Positions 60,301 through 64,000 of a stretch of DNA of 64,000 nt are shown one piece after another. Within the stretch, counting starts at the first letter, position 1; each line of letters starts with the position of its first letter. The stretch is from assembly GCA_964016885.1 (NCBI GenBank), contig OZ024747.1:32860001-32924000 (forward strand), read 5' to 3'. This DNA comes from Eledone cirrhosa (Eukaryota). Under the pieces are notes generated by a model. It saw only the letters and a list, made by a program, of their open reading frames with translations, did not search any database and was not told the origin of the DNA. The position numbers and the translations under genes were made by a program.

Positions 60301-63300
60301 TATATCATTATCCCAGTAATACACAGTATATCATTATCACAGTAATACACTATATATCATTATCCCAGTAATACACAGTATATGAAAATCAGTGTAATAC
60401 ACATTATATCATTATCAGTGTAATACACAATATATCATTATCACAGTAATACACAATATATCATTATCAGTGTAATACACAATATATCATTATCACAGTT
60501 ATACACAATATATCATTATCACAGAAATACACAATATATCATTATCACAGCAATACACAATATATCATTATCACAGAAATACACAATATATCATTATCAG
60601 TGTAATACACAATATATCATTATCCCAGTAATACACAATATATCATTATCACAGTAATACCCTATATATCATTATCAGGGTAATACACAATATATCATTA
60701 GTACAGTAATACACAATATATCATTATCACAGAAATACACAATATATCATTATCACAGTAATACACAATATATCATTATCACAGTAATACACAATATATC
60801 ATTATCAATGTAATACACAACATATCATTATCCCAGTAATACACAATATATCATTAACACACTAATACACAATATATCATTATCACAGTAATACACAGTA
60901 TATCATTATCAGTGTAATACACAATATATCATTATCACAGTAATCCACAATATATCATTATCAGTGTAATACACAATATATTATTATCACAATAATACAC
61001 AGTATATCATTATCACAGTAATACACAATATATCATTATCAGTGTAATATACAATATAACATTATTCCAGGAATATACAGTATATCATTATCACAGTAAT
61101 ACACTATATATCATTATCCCAGTAATACACAGTATATCAATATCAGTGTAATACACAGTATATCATTATCAGTGTAATACACAATATATCATTATCACAG
61201 TAATACACAGTATATCATTATCAGTGTAATACACAATATATCATTATCACAGTAATACACAATATATCATTATCACAGAAATACACAATATATCATTATC
61301 AGTGTAATACACAATATATCATTATCCCAGTAACACACAATATATCATTATCACAGTAATACCCTATATATCATTATCAGGGTAATACACAATATATCAT
61401 TAGCACAGTAATACACAATATATCATTATCACAGAAATACACAATATATCATTATCACAGTAATACACAATATATCATTATCAGTGTAATACACAATATA
61501 TCATTATCCCAGTAATACACAATATATCATTATCACAGTAATACACAGTATATCATTATCAGTGTAATACACAATATATCATTATCCCAGTAATACACAA
61601 TATATCAATATCAGTGTAATACACAGTATATCATTATCTCAGTAATACACAATAAATCATTATCACAGTATTACACAATATATCATTATCAGTGTAATAC
61701 ACAATATCTCATTATCACAGTAATACACAGTATATCATTATCAGTGTAATACACAGTATATCATTATCAGAGTAATACACAATATATCATTATCACAGTA
61801 ATACACAATGTATCATTATCACAGTAATACACAATATATCATTATCACAGTAATACACAATATATCATTATCCCAGTAATACACAATATATCATTATCAC
61901 AGTAATACCCTATATATCATTATCAGGGTAATACACAATATATCATTAGCACAGTAATACCCTATATATCATTATCAGGGTAATACACAATATATCATTA
62001 GCACAGTAATACACAATATATCATTATCACAGAAATACACAATATATCATTATCACAGTAATACACAATATATCATTATCAGTGTAATACACAATATATC
62101 ATTATCCCAGTAATACACAATATATCATTATCACAGTAATACACAATATATCATTATCACAGTAATACACAGTATATCATTATCAGTGTAATACACAATA
62201 TATCATTATCACAGTAATACACAATATATCATTATCAGTGTAATACACAATATATCATTATCACAGTAATACACAGTATATCATTATCACAGAAATACAC
62301 AATATATCATTATCACAGTAATACACAGTATATCATTATCAGTGTAATACACAATATATCATTATCCCAGTAATACACAATATATCAATATCAGTGTAAT
62401 ACACAGTATATCATTATCTCAGTAATACACAATAAATCATTATCACAGTAATACACAATATATCATTATCAGTGTAATACACAATATATCATTATCACAG
62501 TAATACACAGTATATCATTATCAGTGTAATACACAGTATATCATTATCAGAGTAATACACAATATATCATTATCACAGTAATACACAATATATCATTATC
62601 ACAGTAATACACAATATATCATTATCAAGTGTAATACACAATATATCATTATCCCAGTAATACACAGTATATCATTAACACAGTAATACACAATATATCA
62701 TTATCAGTGTAATATACAATATATCATTATCCCAGTAATACACAGTATATCATTATCACAGTAATACACTATATATCATTATCCCAGTAATACACAGTAT
62801 ATGAAAATCAGTGTAATACACATTATATCATTATCAGTGTAATACACAATATATCATTATCACAGTAATACACAATATATCATTATCAGTGTAATACACA
62901 ATATATCATTATCACAGTTATACACAATATATCATTATCACAGAAATACACAATATATCATTATCACAGCAATACACAATATATCATTATCACAGAAATA
63001 CACAATATATCATTATCAGTGTAATACACAATATATCATTATCCCAGTAATACACAATATATCATTATCACAGTAATACCCTATATATCATTATCAGGGT
63101 AATACACAATATATCATTAGTACAGTAATACACAATATATCATTATCACAGAAATACACAATATATCATTATCACAGTAATACACAATATATCATTATCA
63201 CAGTAATACACAATATATCATTATCAATGTAATACACAACATATCATTATCCCAGTAATACACAATATATCATTAACACACTAATACACAATATATCATT

Positions 63301-64000
63301 ATCACAGTAATACACAGTATATCATTATCAGTGTAATACACAATATATCATTATCACAGTAATCCACAATATATCATTATCAGTGTAATACACAATATAT
63401 TATTATCACAGTAATACACAGTATATCATTATCACAGTAATACACAATATATCATTATCAGTGTAATATACAATATAACATTATTCCAGGAATATACAGT
63501 ATATCATTATCACAGTAATACACTATATATCATTATCCCAGTAATACACAGTATATCAATATCAGTGTAATACACAGTATATCATTATCAGTGTAATACA
63601 CAATATATCATTATCACAGTAATACACAGTATATCATTATCAGTGTAATACACAATATATCATTATCACAGTAATAAACAATATATCATTATCACAGAAA
63701 TACACAATATATCATTATCAGTGTAATACACAATATATCATTATCCCAGTAACACACAATATATCATTATCACAGTAATACCCTATATATCATTATCAGG
63801 GTAATACACAATATATCATTAGCACAGTAATACACAATATATCATTATCACAGAAATACACAATATATCATTATCACAGTAATACACAATATATCATTAT
63901 CAGTGTAATACACAATATATCATTATCCCAGTAATACACAATATATCATTATCACAGTAATACACAGTATATCATTATCAGTGTAATACACAATATATCA

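Larger units (their letters stand above)
4685..64000. repeat. Long 26-bp satellite DNA array (more than 59 kb, roughly 2280 monomers by length/26; continues past window end)
   Basis: Uninterrupted head-to-tail monomers with no inversion seen. Main polymorphisms are the trinucleotide after ATTATC (ACA/AGT/CCA/AGA/TCA/AGG/CTA) and ACACA[G/A]TAT. Spacings between rare markers equal n x 26 plus the indels seen. Confidence 0.98.

Noticed and set aside
4685-64000. CRISPR array or telomeric repeat interpretation of the 26-bp repeat
   Set aside because: Monomers are contiguous with no unique spacers and no cas genes. There is no G-rich telomere-type unit, and sequence heterogeneity is satellite-like.
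4685-64000. Coding potential or a hidden information code in monomer variant order
   Set aside because: The ORF track shows nothing here beyond the short junction-spanning ORFs ending by 4761, and variant order is explained by block duplication.

Overview
Eukaryotic (probably invertebrate metazoan; inferred from element type) heterochromatin-like window. About 95% is one AT-rich satellite with a 26-bp monomer (consensus ACAGTAATACACA[G/A]TATATCATTATC), all in one orientation (1159-2572 and 4685-64000). The first 4.7 kb holds two almost identical, same-strand copies of a Penelope-like retroelement (PLE; reverse transcriptase plus C-terminal GIY-YIG endonuclease), 3526 bp apart and embedded in the satellite. 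Copy 1 is cut by the window edge. Copy 2 is 5'-truncated at RT motif A and has an in-frame TAG. Each 3' noncoding region (pseudo-LTR) carries clustered ETS/NRF1/YY1-like motifs, a minimal type-I hammerhead ribozyme fold and an AT-rich palindromic 8-mer array, all pointing into the satellite. The satellite splits near 32 kb into two domains with different variant repertoires. It shows nested block duplications (104, 130, 692, 1353, 2781, 3538, 4153 bp), and several monomer variants extend internal inverted repeats. No host genes, RNA genes or CRISPR arrays were seen. All alignments and offsets were done by eye.
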